A stretch of DNA of 63,905 nt, counting the filler, from Vannella sp. (taxonomy: Eukaryota): assembly GCA_023345925.1 (NCBI GenBank). It is 7 parts of 7 records of this genome, joined end to end, with 100 filler letters (N's around TTAATTAATTAA, not from the genome) between each part and the next. Parts side by side here need not be neighbours in the genome. Positions count along the whole stretch, not along the records: positions 1 to 6,786 come from JAJQQN010001267.1; positions 6,887 to 26,865 come from JAJQQN010000253.1; 5 more parts are not named here. One strand, written 5' to 3'. The translations under genes and the position numbers were made by a program. This document shows positions 1 to 12,732 of this stretch, in pieces. A model generated the notes under the pieces. The model worked only from the letters and a program-made list of their open reading frames with translations, was not told the DNA's origin and did not search any database. Numbering within the stretch: the stretch's first letter is position 1; each line of letters opens with the position of its first letter.

Positions 1-53
1 ATATCATGGCATTGCGCTTTAATATCTCTCAATCACCGGCTGAATGTCTGGGG

Positions 54-665
54 CTAAGCGTTGGTGACTTGGCGAATGAAGTCATCATCTTCGTTACACC
101 CTTCTGCTTGCATTCGCCTGATTACTAGACGCTCCTCGGCCATCTCCCACGTGGTTCTCATCTCGTCCGTCTCCACCCACTGAACGCCAGACACACGGTC
201 CTCCAGGGTCCATACAAACTCCTGCTCCTTGTGTGCTTCGTCTGTGATGTCAACCATGTTGGAGGGAGGCTCTGAACGGTAGGTAAAAGGGTGGTCGGGA
301 TTGCGGAGGGGGTTACGCAAGTCCTCCCTTATCTTGGTGTGGATCGCATCCAAGCGCTCTTGCTGAACAGGAAGAGACTCACGTTTGATGGATAAACACT
401 CCTTCCACATTTTAAACCGCTTCTCGCTGTCTGGGAGGGTCCCTTCGCGATAGAAGGAGCGGATGGCGCTCGATAAACCGGAATGGTTGATGAAGATGGA
501 GAACATGGAAGTGCAGTTGAGCCTGTAAGCTTCCGTGGGCCATCGCAGAGAGTTATAATGGTTCACAAACAAGCCCAGGATCTCATCCTCGTTCTGCTTC
601 CGCAAGATCTCCTCCCTCCTCAACTCCTCCGCGTTCTTCTCCATGCCCTCTTTGAATGCGATCAA
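54..665 (-). CDS. Hypothetical protein, Emi1/C22orf39 (DUF3128)-like
   Basis: 203-aa ORF. LNCTSMFSIFINHSGLSSAIRSFYREGTLPDSEKRFKMWKECLSIK resembles the DUF3128 core (C..F..C....G.....YR.G....C...W..C), with some Cys replaced. Confidence 0.45.
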   Translation of the reverse strand: MIAFKEGMEKNAEELRREEILRKQNEDEILGLFVNHYNSLRWPTEAYRLNCTSMFSIFINHSGLSSAIRSFYREGTLPDSEKRFKMWKECLSIKRESLPVQQERLDAIHTKIREDLRNPLRNPDHPFTYRSEPPSNMVDITDEAHKEQEFVWTLEDRVSGVQWVETDEMRTTWEMAEERLVIRRMQAEGCNEDDDFIRQVTNA

Positions 666-2060
666 TCCAAATCACTTTGGTGTTCAACAATATAAAATCG
701 TCATTCGCGTTGATGCCAGTCGATTTTAGAAGCACTTTTCAGTGGAGGCCCGCGGACATGGTTTAGTGGGCCGTGAACTCTCTCCTCCCAGCTTTATCAA
801 TGAAGACACTTTTCGCTCCACTCTATTACTTCATTCGCATTAAGAGAGCTTGGGAGAAGACGCGTAAACAAGAAAGAGCGACTCCAAGAGAGGGTTCATG
901 GAGTCTCCCTCCAGTCTCCCTCCTGGTCCTCATGGGCGAGCCCTCCTGCGTGGAACTGTTCTCTGAAGCATGTTCTCTTTCCACATTGCTGAAGGAACCC
1001 AGCTTTTCGAGCCACTGGATGATCTGAAGCGTCACTCAGAGTAATCAAATATACAAATACTCAATGGTCAATCAGAGAATGCCTTCAAGCCCTTCGAGAT
1101 CGTGTTGCGAAGGCAGGAATTGGCATTCGGTCCGACCGATCATTCCTTGTCCCAAGTCTTTCATTGATTGTGATCGGCTCAAACAAGAGTGAGAGGTGGA
1201 ACCAGCATTTCGCGTCCGCCAGCCATCAGAATTGCATTCGGAATCTCTCCCTGGAGTTCTGGCTCATCCTTTGGTTGCGCAAACCGAGCTGCAACCTTCC
1301 TTGGGTAATAGTATCTCGCTAGGATACTATAGAGAGGATGCGAGGCGCTGTCTCAGAGTGTGTGGCAGAGTTGAGAGATCATAGTCGTCTTCACCAACTC
1401 AATCTCGATTCGCAACAGCCTTTGAACGCTCTTGAGAGGATACAGAGCTCACAAAGCTCTTGCTAACTCAGTAAGGCGTGCTTTAAGTGTGATTATGCGA
1501 AGAAAGGGCACGGGGAGCTGCATGAAACAGTGCTTTCTCGTTTCTCTGACTGCCAACAGGCTATTGGTAAGTACACATGAATTAGTCTTACGTAAGACAA
1601 CCCGTCCGGCATGTTCTCAGCTCTCAAACTCTCTCGAAGGAGAAGCTCTTCCACCTTAGATGCTCTTGAGGAGAAGGAGGAAGGTTTCCCAGTTCTCCCA
1701 GTCCTTTGAACAGTGTTGAACCTCTTTCTCACTCCGTACCAGAGCCATTCGCGCCAAGTAGCCAGCTTGATGACGAGAGGTTCTACCATTACGCGAAGGT
1801 CCTCCCACATACCCATCTCCTACGACGCCCACCCCACAATGAAGTGCCTCCTAGTGAAAGGTAGACAAGTGCGATGAACGAGTTCGCTGCAATCCGCCTG
1901 AAGAGCGAAAGGAAAGGTGAAACACCCGACATCCCAGCCTCGAGCTTTCGACCGAATAAGGGCTCCTTCATCGTTCGTAGGAACGAATAGAAAGCCAAAG
2001 AATGCGAAGGTACGTCCATGAGGGACTGCCAGGAAGACATTTTTCTCTGCGTCGGTGGCC

Positions 2061-3537
2061 ATGGCAGAGGGGAAGACCACAAGCTTTGCTAACATGCACG
2101 GAGAGGAGTGGGAGACAAAGGAGATCTCTGTGTATGGTGCAGCGAAAGCGTTTATCTCGCAAATCAGCGTGGGGATGGATCTTACCCATGTGAGCATCCC
2201 CGCCATCTTCCTTCTTCCCTACTCCATTCTTGAGTTTGTGTGTGCTCGTACAACGTCTGCGTTCCACATTCTCCTTCCTTTGGGACAGGAGAAAGATCCT
2301 CGCAAGAGACTGGAAGGTTTGTTCGCGCAGTTTGCTGTTTCGACTTTGCAACTCACTGGGAGGGCCCTCCAGGCATCCTTCAGTACGTCTTGGGTAGTGG
2401 AAAGGACTCTGACCTCATGCTGAACCACAAGCCCTCCAACCCTATCCTGGGAGAGATTCACAAAGGCCGCATCGACCACCCCGATGGATCCCACTCGTAC
2501 TTCCTTGCTGAGCAGGTACGTCATCCTTTAGCATGTTACCTATGCTCTTCTTCTTGGAGTACTTTAGTAACACTCTCCTTTGCCTCTAGACCAAGCACCA
2601 CCCGCCCACTTCAGCTTTTGAGATCAACAACACTACGCATGGCGTTCGCTTGGCTGGTAACATGCTCTTTGGAGTGGTGTTCCACTCCAACTCTGTTACA
2701 GTTGAGATTAAGGGTGGCCTGAAGATCTACTTGACTCTTCCCGACGGAACCCAAGAGATGTACCTTCTTGAGGAGGGTATCCCCGACATGTTCTTGAAGA
2801 ACGTTCTCTTGGGTACCAAGTACGTCTACTGGACTGGACAGCTCACCGTTAAGTGCCCTAGCACTGGCTACCGCGCTCAAATGGTCTTCGGTTTCAACGC
2901 GGGCAAGAACACCGTGAACGGTCTGATTTGGAACGAGAACGAGATGGAGGAGGTGCAAGATACCAAGGCTGAAGAGGCCCCCAAGGGAGGCTGGGCCTCT
3001 CGTTGGGCTCGCGGTGCTGTCAACGCTGCAAAGGCCACCGCCAAGTTCTCTACTGGATGGATCTACGACTATGAAGGAGAGGACGCTTGGTTGAACAACC
3101 TGAAGCTTCCTTTCAACCCCGCTACAGTATCAGCCAAGTTCCATGGAACGTGTGGCCGCGAAATCTGGGTGTTCCCTGGCCCCCTGCCCAAGAAGGATGA
3201 GGTGAAGGAGTACGCTGACAAGTACGTCCTCATCAATGGCAAGGAGGTGGCAAGCCAAGAGTGCGACATTTACCCAACGGAGGAGAACTTGGAAGAACAC
3301 TCGTCCATTCGTGTGTGGCGTGCTACCGGTGCCGCCATTGTGGCTGGGGATGTGGAGACCGCCGATATCGAGAAGACAAAGGTGGAAGAGGCCCAACGAG
3401 AGCGCCGAAAGGAGGGCAAATCATTCGCTCCCGTTTACTTTGAGGAAGAGAACAAGGACGGATGGCCCTTCTGGTCTATCCTTGACCCTCAGTGGTTCGT
3501 CAACGACAAATGCCAGCTTTACGTCAAGGACAAGTAG
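2061..3537 (+). CDS. Oxysterol-binding protein (short OSBP/Osh-Kes1 type), 3 exons
   Basis: GMDLTHVSIPAIFLLPYSILE, HKPSNPILGE, and the spliced fingerprint AEQ|TKHHPP. Introns at about 2317-2372 and 2516-2590. C-terminal ADIEKTKVEEAQRERRK. Confidence 0.92.
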
Positions 3538-3732
3538 AGAGTGCGACCCATTTGCTCTATTTGGTTGTCCTAACGGTTTCATACACACTTTCATCTCTTT
3601 GGAGGCATTCCTTCTTCCTTAGGACGGGAACTGAAGAGTGTATTTCTCCTCTGATGGAAGAGAATAAGAAAGAATCTGGGTGGGGGGATAGTATCAAGAT
3701 CAGCAGTCGAAAATCACTCTGGCTAATACCAG

Positions 3733-4755
3733 TTAGTTAGAATCTCCTTCTCCTGCCATCCAGATAGACTTACCCTGAGTGTGTCTCACCTTGTAAGCTT
3801 TCCATTGATAGTGCATTTCGATAATCCCCACACTAATGATGAGATTGATGAATAACAACGAACCCGACGATCAGGCCTAAAGAGATCCAAGGCAGAACAT
3901 TGTTTCGGCTATCAGATCGACATGGATCCTCTCCACCACTGTTTCCTGACAACAGCAGAGCAAAGTTAGTCAAATGGTCCGTTTGGCCACACAATTGGTT
4001 GCCCTTAGTGATAAGACATTTGTCTTTGTCTTGGCATTTCCATTTCTTCTTGATTTCGTCAAAGTAGCTCAGACACTGAGAGTCTCCCTCCTTAGTACTG
4101 TTTGATGGAATTAAGCAAATGTCAATAAGGTTGGTCAGTAACGTTGCTTGATGAAGTGACGATGCTCAAAGTAGTGTTAGCGCCATTGCTCAATGAAGGA
4201 GGTATCACTATACTGCCCACTGCTTCTCCATCAGGAGAAGAGGGCAGCTACACGAATCCAATAGGCGTAGGATTGAGGTTGATGACCTCAGAAATCCACT
4301 CCATAAAGGGAGAAGAGCTTTGCGACCCAGTCGGCGATTCTGATTGCACCTTCCGAAGTTCGGTTCGCAATCCGGATGCGCTCGCCTTCTCACTTGATGT
4401 CTGCATCATCTGGGACACACTGGATGCACTTCTAGTAGGAGAAGGACTGGATGTCCAAGTAGGAGTGGCAGAAGTAGTTGGAGAGAAGCTGGAAGTGCTG
4501 GATGCACTTGGAGTCATGTTTTGAGAAGAACTTTGTCCAAGTGGGAGTGGCAGAGGTACTTTATGTCCCAGTAGAGCTTTGAGAGGGACTAGTTGTCCCA
4601 GTGGGAGTGGTGGAACGACTGACGGACGCACTGGAAGTTTGAGAATCACTCGCGGTTTGGCTGGCATTGGAAGACACAGAGAGTGGGGCCCTCTTTGTGG
4701 TTGCTCTGACAAGTAAGGCGTCTGATTGTGTCTGTAGCGTTGTTCTCACCATCAT
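3733..4755 (-). pseudogene. Decayed Ser/Thr-rich (mucin stalk) + GPS-motif single-pass membrane protein
   Basis: An S/T-rich frame with in-frame TAA (4561) and TAG (4248) and frameshifts, then CLSYFDEIKKKWKCQDKDKCLITKGNQLCGQTDHLTNFALLL (HLTNF at 3976-3962), then a hydrophobic TM segment broken by a frameshift. Confidence 0.7.
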
Positions 4756-5374
4756 ATCACAGCCTCTTCGTGGCTGGTGAAGGCGAGAAGGTGATCGGCC
4801 TCACGTCTAGCACCTGCGGGCGTCTTTGGCAACATCGTTCTCAGCAGCTAGAGACCGCATCCAGGAGCGATTGGACGGACTTAAATTCTGTGGGGTGCTC
4901 TTGTTCCTGGCCTAGCCGCACTCCCAACAGCGATTGGGTTCCGGAACATACAAGACAACTCAAGAGGATTGTTTAGCGTGTTCACAAAGAGATGCCGAGG
5001 CCGAAGCAGCCAAACAAGCGCGGAAGGTACGGAGAGTTGCTCTTCCTTGAAGACTGACGGAACAAAAAGTGCCCCAAATGCCTTCCAATCGAATACAACC
5101 TCACTCAAATGGGCCCATGAGTCGTGTAAGGACTTCAAAAGCGAAAGAAGGAGGATTAGGCAAGCTATTTCACTTTCTTTGAAATGCCGGAATATTTCCT
5201 ATTCGGGCCTTAACTATGGCAACATCCTCAGCCAATCGGTGGATCGATACCATCCATCGCCTTGGTCCAATGAGCGAGGGCGAAGTCAATCTACTGGAAA
5301 AGATCTTCGCTTAAAGGGCCTGTCAGTGTTTTTGACATGTCGCTCATTCTTTTCCTCGACCTAGTCCCTGACAG

Positions 5375-5941
5375 ATGAGTGGTAAGATATCTCCATTATT
5401 GCGTGCTTGGTCCTCCGTGCTGGATCATGTGGAGGAGAATCAGCCGCCGATTCAAGAGAGTCTATCCCTCAAGGACTTGACAGTGGATGGAGAAATCCTC
5501 CAATTCGATGGTCAACTGGAAGTGGGACATCTCCCAAGCTCTACGACATGGCGTTGGAATCAGACGAGGAAGCGCCAAACACTCTCCCACGGCCCTGACG
5601 TCCTCATCACCGGTGTCAAGGCCACAATAAGAGCGAAGACGCAGTTTGTTCGTTCAGCGTCTTATCGTCCGTCAGGCAACTTGTTCCTGTTCACCATCCT
5701 CCGTGGCCAATTGTCCTTCACGACAGCGACTTCCTTCCTCGTGGTCCAGAAAGGCCTGTCAAGTCACAACCTGCTCCCTCTGGTGAGCACAGTAGAAGAA
5801 GAACCTCCGTGCTCGGACATCCTCCCCTTTGATGGGGAGGAAACTGTGATTCAAGAGGGCCACCTCGACCAGTCTTCCTTTGATGCTTTGTTGGAAGACC
5901 TCTTCTCAAACGACGAACCTGCTCCCTCTTGGATGCAATAA
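5375..5941 (+). CDS. Hypothetical protein (188 aa, acidic C-terminus)
   Basis: Clean ATG-TAA ORF with protein-like composition; no family recognised. Confidence 0.5.
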   Translation: MSGKISPLLRAWSSVLDHVEENQPPIQESLSLKDLTVDGEILQFDGQLEVGHLPSSTTWRWNQTRKRQTLSHGPDVLITGVKATIRAKTQFVRSASYRPSGNLFLFTILRGQLSFTTATSFLVVQKGLSSHNLLPLVSTVEEEPPCSDILPFDGEETVIQEGHLDQSSFDALLEDLFSNDEPAPSWMQ

Positions 5942-6786
5942 AGAGCTCCTTTCCTCTCCTCCTCACTCCTTCCAGCAGGCTGAGACCCCCTTGGACGATG
6001 GACTTTGCTGCAAGGATCTTGCGGCTCACTGGAGTATACTGAGTGAGAGGGCTTCTTATTCTATGGCTGCTATAGTAGCGTGCTGGACGTGAGGATGCTT
6101 GCTGGGAAGGAGAATGGCGGCTCTCGTGTCTTCAAGGAAGGTATTCTCGAGCCAGCTCCTTGCAATGGCCACGCGTGCAATCTCAAGCTGTTCAATAGCG
6201 TCCAGTACGTGGTATTCACTGGCATTAGGGTCTTGTAGGAAGGTCACGACCTGTTTCTGCTCCTCCTTGGTGGACAGACCTCACGATATCACGCGTTTGC
6301 GCATGTTATCGCATACTACAAGTGCAATGCAGCTTCTGGAGTCTTCAAAGACCCATTCGAACTCACAGCAAGCTGGAGAGAGACAAGGAATCCCTTCTGA
6401 GGCCCCATCACTGAACAAGGACAACAACGCCGGCTGTATGGCGTATACTCTGGCTCACTTGGGTGACACAAAGACTGACTTGAACGCCGTGATTAACACT
6501 CTTCGTGCCGAACTCGAGCAGACTCGTTTGAACGTCCGCCATGTTGCCGAAGCATCCAAAGCTTCGACTGTGTCTCAGAACATCCCCAGTTCTGCACCCA
6601 AGAACTGATCCTGTTCCGCCTTAAACCAATGAACCCCTCTTGGTGCCTCTCTTCCTTGCATGCGGTCCGGAAGAAGGAACAATAATCAAGCCCTTCAAGA
6701 GGATTTAAACAGAATATTGAAAAACAAGATGGCAAGTTCGGTATCTATTAGAGATAGTCTCGTCCCGGTTCCTCGATTTCAACGAC

Positions 6787-6886
6787 NNNNNNNNNNNNNN
6801 NNNNNNNNNNNNNNNNNNNNNNNNNNNNNNTTAATTAATTAANNNNNNNNNNNNNNNNNNNNNNNNNNNNNNNNNNNNNNNNNNNN
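6787..6886. other. Artificial contig linker
   Basis: 44 N + TTAATTAATTAA (stop codons in all six frames) + 44 N. Confidence 0.98.
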
Positions 6887-7711
6887 ATGGAGCTCTCAAT
6901 TCGGCGGTTCATTGTAGGCAACATCAGGTTCGCTCCTGATGCCGTCTACGATCTGGCGTGTCAAGATCTACTCCCGGTCTCGTCCATGTTGTGTTGTTGA
7001 TCAGGGAAGACGAGTAGGTTCTCTGTGCAGCAGATTCCTCGTTTGCGAAAGAAGCGGAGCCAAGGTACCTCACATCATTCCCATCACAATCGACAATCTC
7101 AATTTACGGCCTATTTGATCACGGCATGAACAGTCGGGCTCCTCAATGGAAGGCTGGGTGCGCCTTGAAGCTCACGAGAGGGTGAGGGCGTGTCAAGTTG
7201 AGACAATCGACTTGTTCCTTTCACTGAAGGTATTGGAAGCCAACATCAGAGTATCTTCGGGCTCTTTGACCAAGTAAAGCATCCCCGCTGAGCGACCCTT
7301 TTGTAGAAGGGGCGAAGGCTGATTGCGTTCCTGAAGATTCTGCTTGAAGAGCAACAGAGATGGAAGAAGGCTTCGCTTTCCATTGATGACAATCCCTTTG
7401 CTCTTCCAGCTGAATCTTCAGGATCGGAACCAGGCTTCGCTTTGGCCGACCTGTTCTCTTGACCACACTTGGAACGATCCTCTCCTTCGATCGTTGATGG
7501 GAATGTGTTTCCTCACAGTGTTACACACAAACTGTACTCCGTGGTCGACCAAAGCCTGTGCATCAGAAGCCAACAGACGCAGAAGAAAGTCCTTTCCAAC
7601 CACCGGCCGTCTCAACAATGATTTATTCATCAAAGTTATCAAAAAAGGAGAGTTTTATGGATTCAGTTATTTTTCGGGGCTCCGTTCCGCGCTTGCTGCG
7701 GACGGGAGCAG

Positions 7712-10700
7712 ATGACGGCGATTGTCAAGTTCGAGGGCGCTAATTTGCATGATGGAGAGGTTGTAGTGGACTTGGTCTTCATCCGGCAAGGGCTCAGTGA
7801 TGAGGCTGCGGGGAGCTCTGGTGTGAAACCTTGGAAGAACTTTCACAAGACTGAACTCTGGACGAAAGACTGGTTGTTGGACGAGTTTGAGTTCCCTTGT
7901 CGAGTTTTTGATGCAAGCTACTACCCTACCACAGAGTGTTGGCAGGAACGCTTCCCTTTGCTCGAATGCAGCAAGATCATCCTCCACCAACTGACGAAGC
8001 AACGCGTGGGGGCGTTAAATCACATCACCTTCTTCTTTGCCTGGAGTCTTGACGCTCTCTTTCTCAAGCAGATCCTCCACACAGCACTGCTTGACTCTCT
8101 TGAGGTTAGTCTGGCCCTTCATTTGCTCCTGCCTTCCTCTCTCGCTCCCTTTCCTTTGGTACCCCTTTGTCTCCTTCCTTCTCTACAATGGGTACCATAT
8201 GGCGACGTTCCAGCCATAAGGTAGTGACCAGTACTCACTATGATGGGAAACGCAGCTGTTCTCGACTGTGCGTGGTGCTGGGTTCTTCTCCGCTCCTCAG
8301 AAGATGAGCGACTTGACTACCTTCACAGGAATGATCGAGTTCCTTGCTAAACACCACAACTTCTGTCGCGGGGACGATTTGAAGCTTCATGTTCCGTACT
8401 TCCAGGGCTTGAACTCCAGCTTCCTCGAGATCGCTCAGCAGCACCGGATCTCCTGTCTTAGCTTTGGTATCAAGAACGACCCTGTCATGGTATGTCGTGC
8501 GGGGCAGGAAGAGGCAAAAAGGTGCTGACATGAGCGGTTGCAGCGCGGTGTTGAGCTCCTGTACGATCCTGGCTTGGGAGAGACGCACTATTGCCCTATG
8601 CGCACACACTACAACATCACTAACTTCACTACTCGCGAGGAGCTGACTTATCTTCGCGTCTGCGGCTTTCTCCAGCGTCAGTTTGGTACGTCCCTCGTTC
8701 GCGCGCCTTCTTCTTCATTCAGGTGTCTTACTATGACTATTCTAGATGCTGAGATGAAACACCGCGCCGATACGAAGCAGCTGGAAGCTGAAAAGGCGGA
8801 ACGAGAGAAGAAAGCCATCCAAAAGAAGACGTTTACTCTCGCTATCCGCAACAAGAGCGTCGTTCTGGCCTTCGGAGAGCATTCCTCAGAGTCAGACTTT
8901 GCCAAACTGAAGAAAGATCGCCGCGCAGAGCACCCGCAAGTTATCCAACGGTTCAAAGCGCCTTCTCTCTTCATCTCTCTGCAAGATGTCCTCCTCAAGC
9001 TGGCATCTTTCCAGTCTCTTGGATCAGAAGAAGAGGCTCGTGTGAACAAATCACGGCCAGGAGAGCGTGACAAGCTCCGCCGCGAGCTGCAACTTCGTCG
9101 GTTGGCGGAAGCTCTTCAGGAAGGCGATATCACTCTCCACATTGTAGGAGAGTATCGCCACGTGTCGCTATCTATCGTATTCATCTGTCTGACGTTCAAC
9201 TTCGAGATCAAAGTCAAGAACAAAGAAGTCCGCATCCCGCAAGCTATCGAAGTCCATCAGATTGAGAGTGTTACGTGTGGTTATGACATGGACGTCGAGC
9301 TACGTCACTCTCGTATAGTTAACCGCTTAATCACGCGCTGGAATGACCTCAACCAGTGGGGAATGGCCAACAACGAGGAAAGTGAGCAACTTATTGCCGA
9401 GTTGCGTCGCTTTGCTTCCGATCCACTGAAGATAGCCATCGTTGGCAAGTCCAACGTTGGCAAGAGCACCTTCCTCAATGCCCTCCTTCGCAACAATGTG
9501 CTGCCAGAGTCTCATGAAGCCTGTACTGGTTGCGTCCTTGAAATTCGTTATGCAGAGACTGTCGAGGACGAGAACGTGGAGCTTCAGTTCATCTCTAAGA
9601 AGGAGCTTGATGTCATTGTTAAACGCTACAAGAGTGAAGCTCTGGCTCCTGACCAGGCAGAGTACAACGAACTTACTGGGGAGCGGGAACATTGGAATCC
9701 TGAGCGCACGGCCGTCTTGAAGGAGAAGATTACTATGCATAAGCAGTTCCTTAAGGACCTTTCGAGTGAATATGCTGCTATTGTTAAGGAGCATCCCAAG
9801 TTAATGCAGTATTGGGACCAAAAAACGCCAATTAAGCAGTTCATCTCTGACACAGCCGTGAACACTTCAAAGGCGCGCAGTCGGCTCATCAAATCGGCTT
9901 TCCTTTATCTACATAACCCACTGCTGCGTTCAGTCACATTGGTTGACACGCCCGGCATTGGAGAAGACAAATTGAAAGGGCGCGACCATCTTACAGAGCA
10001 AGCTGTGCGCGCTGCGGATGTCCATGGTTGGATCTACCTTACTGTTGTGATGGACATGGAAAAGAACTTCAAAGAAGACCTCAAACTCCTCAGTGAATGG
10101 AGTCCCAATGGGATTGTTTGCGTCACAAAGTTCGACCAACTCTGTAATCCCAGTGCTACTGGTACTCAGAAGCCCATTCACGACAAACTGAGCGGGAAAA
10201 TCAATGCACTGAAGGATGATGTCCTTCAGCGCCAGATTCCTGCTGTATCTTCATTAGCATTGTTCCAAATGACAACAAACTTTCCGGGCAAGAGTGGGAC
10301 TGGCATGCGCCGAGCTGAGAAGCTAGGACAAGAGGCCAATCGATTAATTCACGCTCACGTGGGTGAATACCTTCACTCTCTCATGCCTGATGACATGGAC
10401 GAGGAGATGAGCTTTGATAGTGACGAAATCTCCCTGGCACGATCATGCTTTGATCTCTGCTACCGCGATTGGGAAGACTTCCAACAGCTGATGTGTGACT
10501 TGGCTGTCGAAGGCTCCTTGTTAATGGTTTTGATGAATCTGGTCTACGACCTGATAGACAAGCGCTTCGTGGTCAAACGATTCGACCAGGTCTTGGCTGA
10601 CATCTCCACCCATTTATCACGCCGCCTGACCATCCTCACCGACGAGTTGCAGCTCACTCAGAGGGATCTCAACCATGCACTGAGTGTGGATGAATTCAGT

Positions 10701-11927
10701 AATCCTGGCCTTTCACAGACAACTCTGAATGATTTTGAACAGCAAATCAATTCTCGCATCCGCGTGCGGCAACAGCTTGAAGAGGACTGCCGAGCGCGTG
10801 AAGCAGAAGTAGAAGACATTGTCACAACACTCGGAACTGACATTTGTAATAAGATTGCGTCTCGCTTCATCGCCAAGCCCAATCCCAAGTCACCAGGAAT
10901 GTTTGACAAGCTCAAACGCTTACTATCCAAGCCTCCCGAACACCTGAGCTTGTACAAAGAACTGGATAAGAAGTTGGCTGCAGAAGTGACATCGTACCTA
11001 ACAAACACAATGCTCTGCACACCCACAGTGGAGACTCTCATTACGAACATGTTCGACTCCATCAAACACAATGTCCTACTCCAAGTCGACCGCGCTTCCA
11101 TGAACATCAACTGTCTGCGGGAGGCAAACGCGAACATTCCGTTAAGTGACCGAATTGACCTTCTCGACACAACTTCAAAAGAGGCCCACGAGAACCTTCC
11201 TGGCTTTATCTTGGAGCATTCCCGCGCAAACATCAAAATCATCGGCACTAACGCTCGGGCGCATCTCAACAATGTGCATATGATGATCATCGGGATGGTC
11301 GACAAAGAGATCTCCCATCTCCAAAGCCGCTTGATTACCCGCCGGAACAAAGTGCAGCAAGAACACGTTAAACTGAGACAACCTGCTGATGTTCTGCAAG
11401 TCCGCCAGGACAAACTCACTCGCGAGTTTGAGCAGTTGCAGAAGCTTTACTCTGCTGTGTTGCATATCGCTCTTCAGAACACGATTAAGAGTAACAAGAT
11501 CTCGCAAGTCATCCAGTCACGCAACACATTGTCGAAACCAGAGAAAGAGTACGTCTCGCGCGTGATGAAGCTATATTTGGATGAGCCAGTGGAAGATGAT
11601 GCTGCAGACGAAGAGAACGTCACTCTGTTGGACACCTATCTGTCCATTGAGGCAGTGAGCAAGTACATTTCCAACACCTACGCCAAGATCTTCACAGTGA
11701 TCACCATGGAAGACTATTTCAAGTACAAACCAGAACGAGTTATTGTGCGCAATCGCCGAGCTCTGTCGATCTTCATGCAGGCGTTCCATATGATGATCTC
11801 TCAGGTTTCCATAGATGGGTCTCAGTTCCACACAGAAAAAGACTTGGAAGAGTTGTTCTCTTCCATTGATTGCAAGATTCTGTGCGAAAAGGACAAGTTG
11901 GATGCCGCCATCGCCGCCGCCTCCTAA
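7712..11927 (+). CDS. SERAC1/SesB-like alpha/beta-hydrolase domain fused to a bacterial-type dynamin-like GTPase with helical stalk (multi-exon)
   Basis: N-terminal exons: VDLVFIRQGL, WTKDWL, FFFAWSLDALFLKQIL, VRGAGFFSAPQKMS, DPGLGETHYCPMRTHYNITNF. Introns at about 8105-8255 and 8490-8543. GTPase motifs: G1 VGKSNVGKSTFLNALL, G2 ACT, G3 LVDTPGIG, G4 TKFD, then long coiled coils. Confidence 0.8.
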
Positions 11928-12032
11928 GCAACTCCGTCCCCTCTGTATCCTATCCGCTTTCTTCCCAATAAACTCGGCAACTGCCAGATTGTCAAAGGTT
12001 AGCCTATTACGGAAGAGAGCTGTTTGGGGTGG
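11843..12032 (+). repeat. Direct repeat copy 1 (about 190 bp; 3' end and 3' flank of the dynamin-like gene)
   Basis: cttggaagagttgttctcttcc...tgtttggggtgg recurs at 12733-12905 with scattered substitutions and a short deletion. Confidence 0.9.
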
Positions 12033-12732
12033 AGATTGGGAAGCCAAAGTGAAGAGGGTCAGAAGGAAATCCTGTCCGTCTTCCCTTGGATAACTCCTTG
12101 GAGGGTTGTCCTTCACCTGAGTTCTTGCCTCACCTTGTCAAATTCCGCAGCAGCTTGTTGGTAGAAAAGATGCAGAGTGTAGCTGGTGACAGCTTCCTGT
12201 AAGTTCTTCATTTTTTCTTTGGTCGCTCCTGATGAGAATCAGCAACAGCGACTCTCTGGTCATAGCTTCGGTGATCATTGGTGTAGGTGCTATTATTGCT
12301 GTTGGTGTAGGTGGTGTAGGTGCTATTGTTGTGGCAATGATCATCAACAGACAACCAAGAGATCCCCCAGTTGCCGCTCCTCAATATCCGTAGAAAAGTA
12401 CCCCGCTCGCACACAGATCCTCCAGATGAAAACAAAACTAAAAGCCTTTCTGATGTTCTCCTATCCTTTCCTTAGAGGGCAAAAAACAAACTAGTTCCGG
12501 TGGTCAGTCAAGTGCTTTTTATGTGTTAGTCTGAAGCTGCGCGTGGCTGATGGGAACCAGACGAAGTTGAAGGGAAATTGTTACTCGGTTATATTGCTCC
12601 AGAGGGGTTTCTGGGAGGAGGAGGGGCAGAGTACTCATAACCCACCAGGTGGGGATGGAGGTGGATCTTAGAACTCTGAGGCGCCAAGAAGGAGTGGGCA
12701 ATGATTAATTGAGAGACTAACCCTCCTTCATT

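Noticed and set aside
760..2030. Short minus-strand ORFs between the DUF3128-like and OSBP genes
   Set aside because: Possibly exons of a real gene, but no consistent model or homology could be built by eye.
4248..4563. Alternative genetic code (TAA/TAG read as Gln) suggested by in-frame stops in the GPS gene and at 35878
   Set aside because: Intact conserved genes in the window end in TAA/TAG and contain no internal ones. The GPS gene also has frameshifts, so decay explains it better.
5940..6786. Broken ORFs at the contig end, possibly a retroelement gag/ORF1 remnant
   Set aside because: No recognisable RT, integrase, zinc knuckle or terminal repeat; too little evidence to call.
6787..6886. 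TTAATTAATTAA palindrome within N runs (six copies)
   Set aside because: It is an identical 100-nt assembly linker with six-frame stops, not biological. Gene adjacency across these linkers is meaningless.
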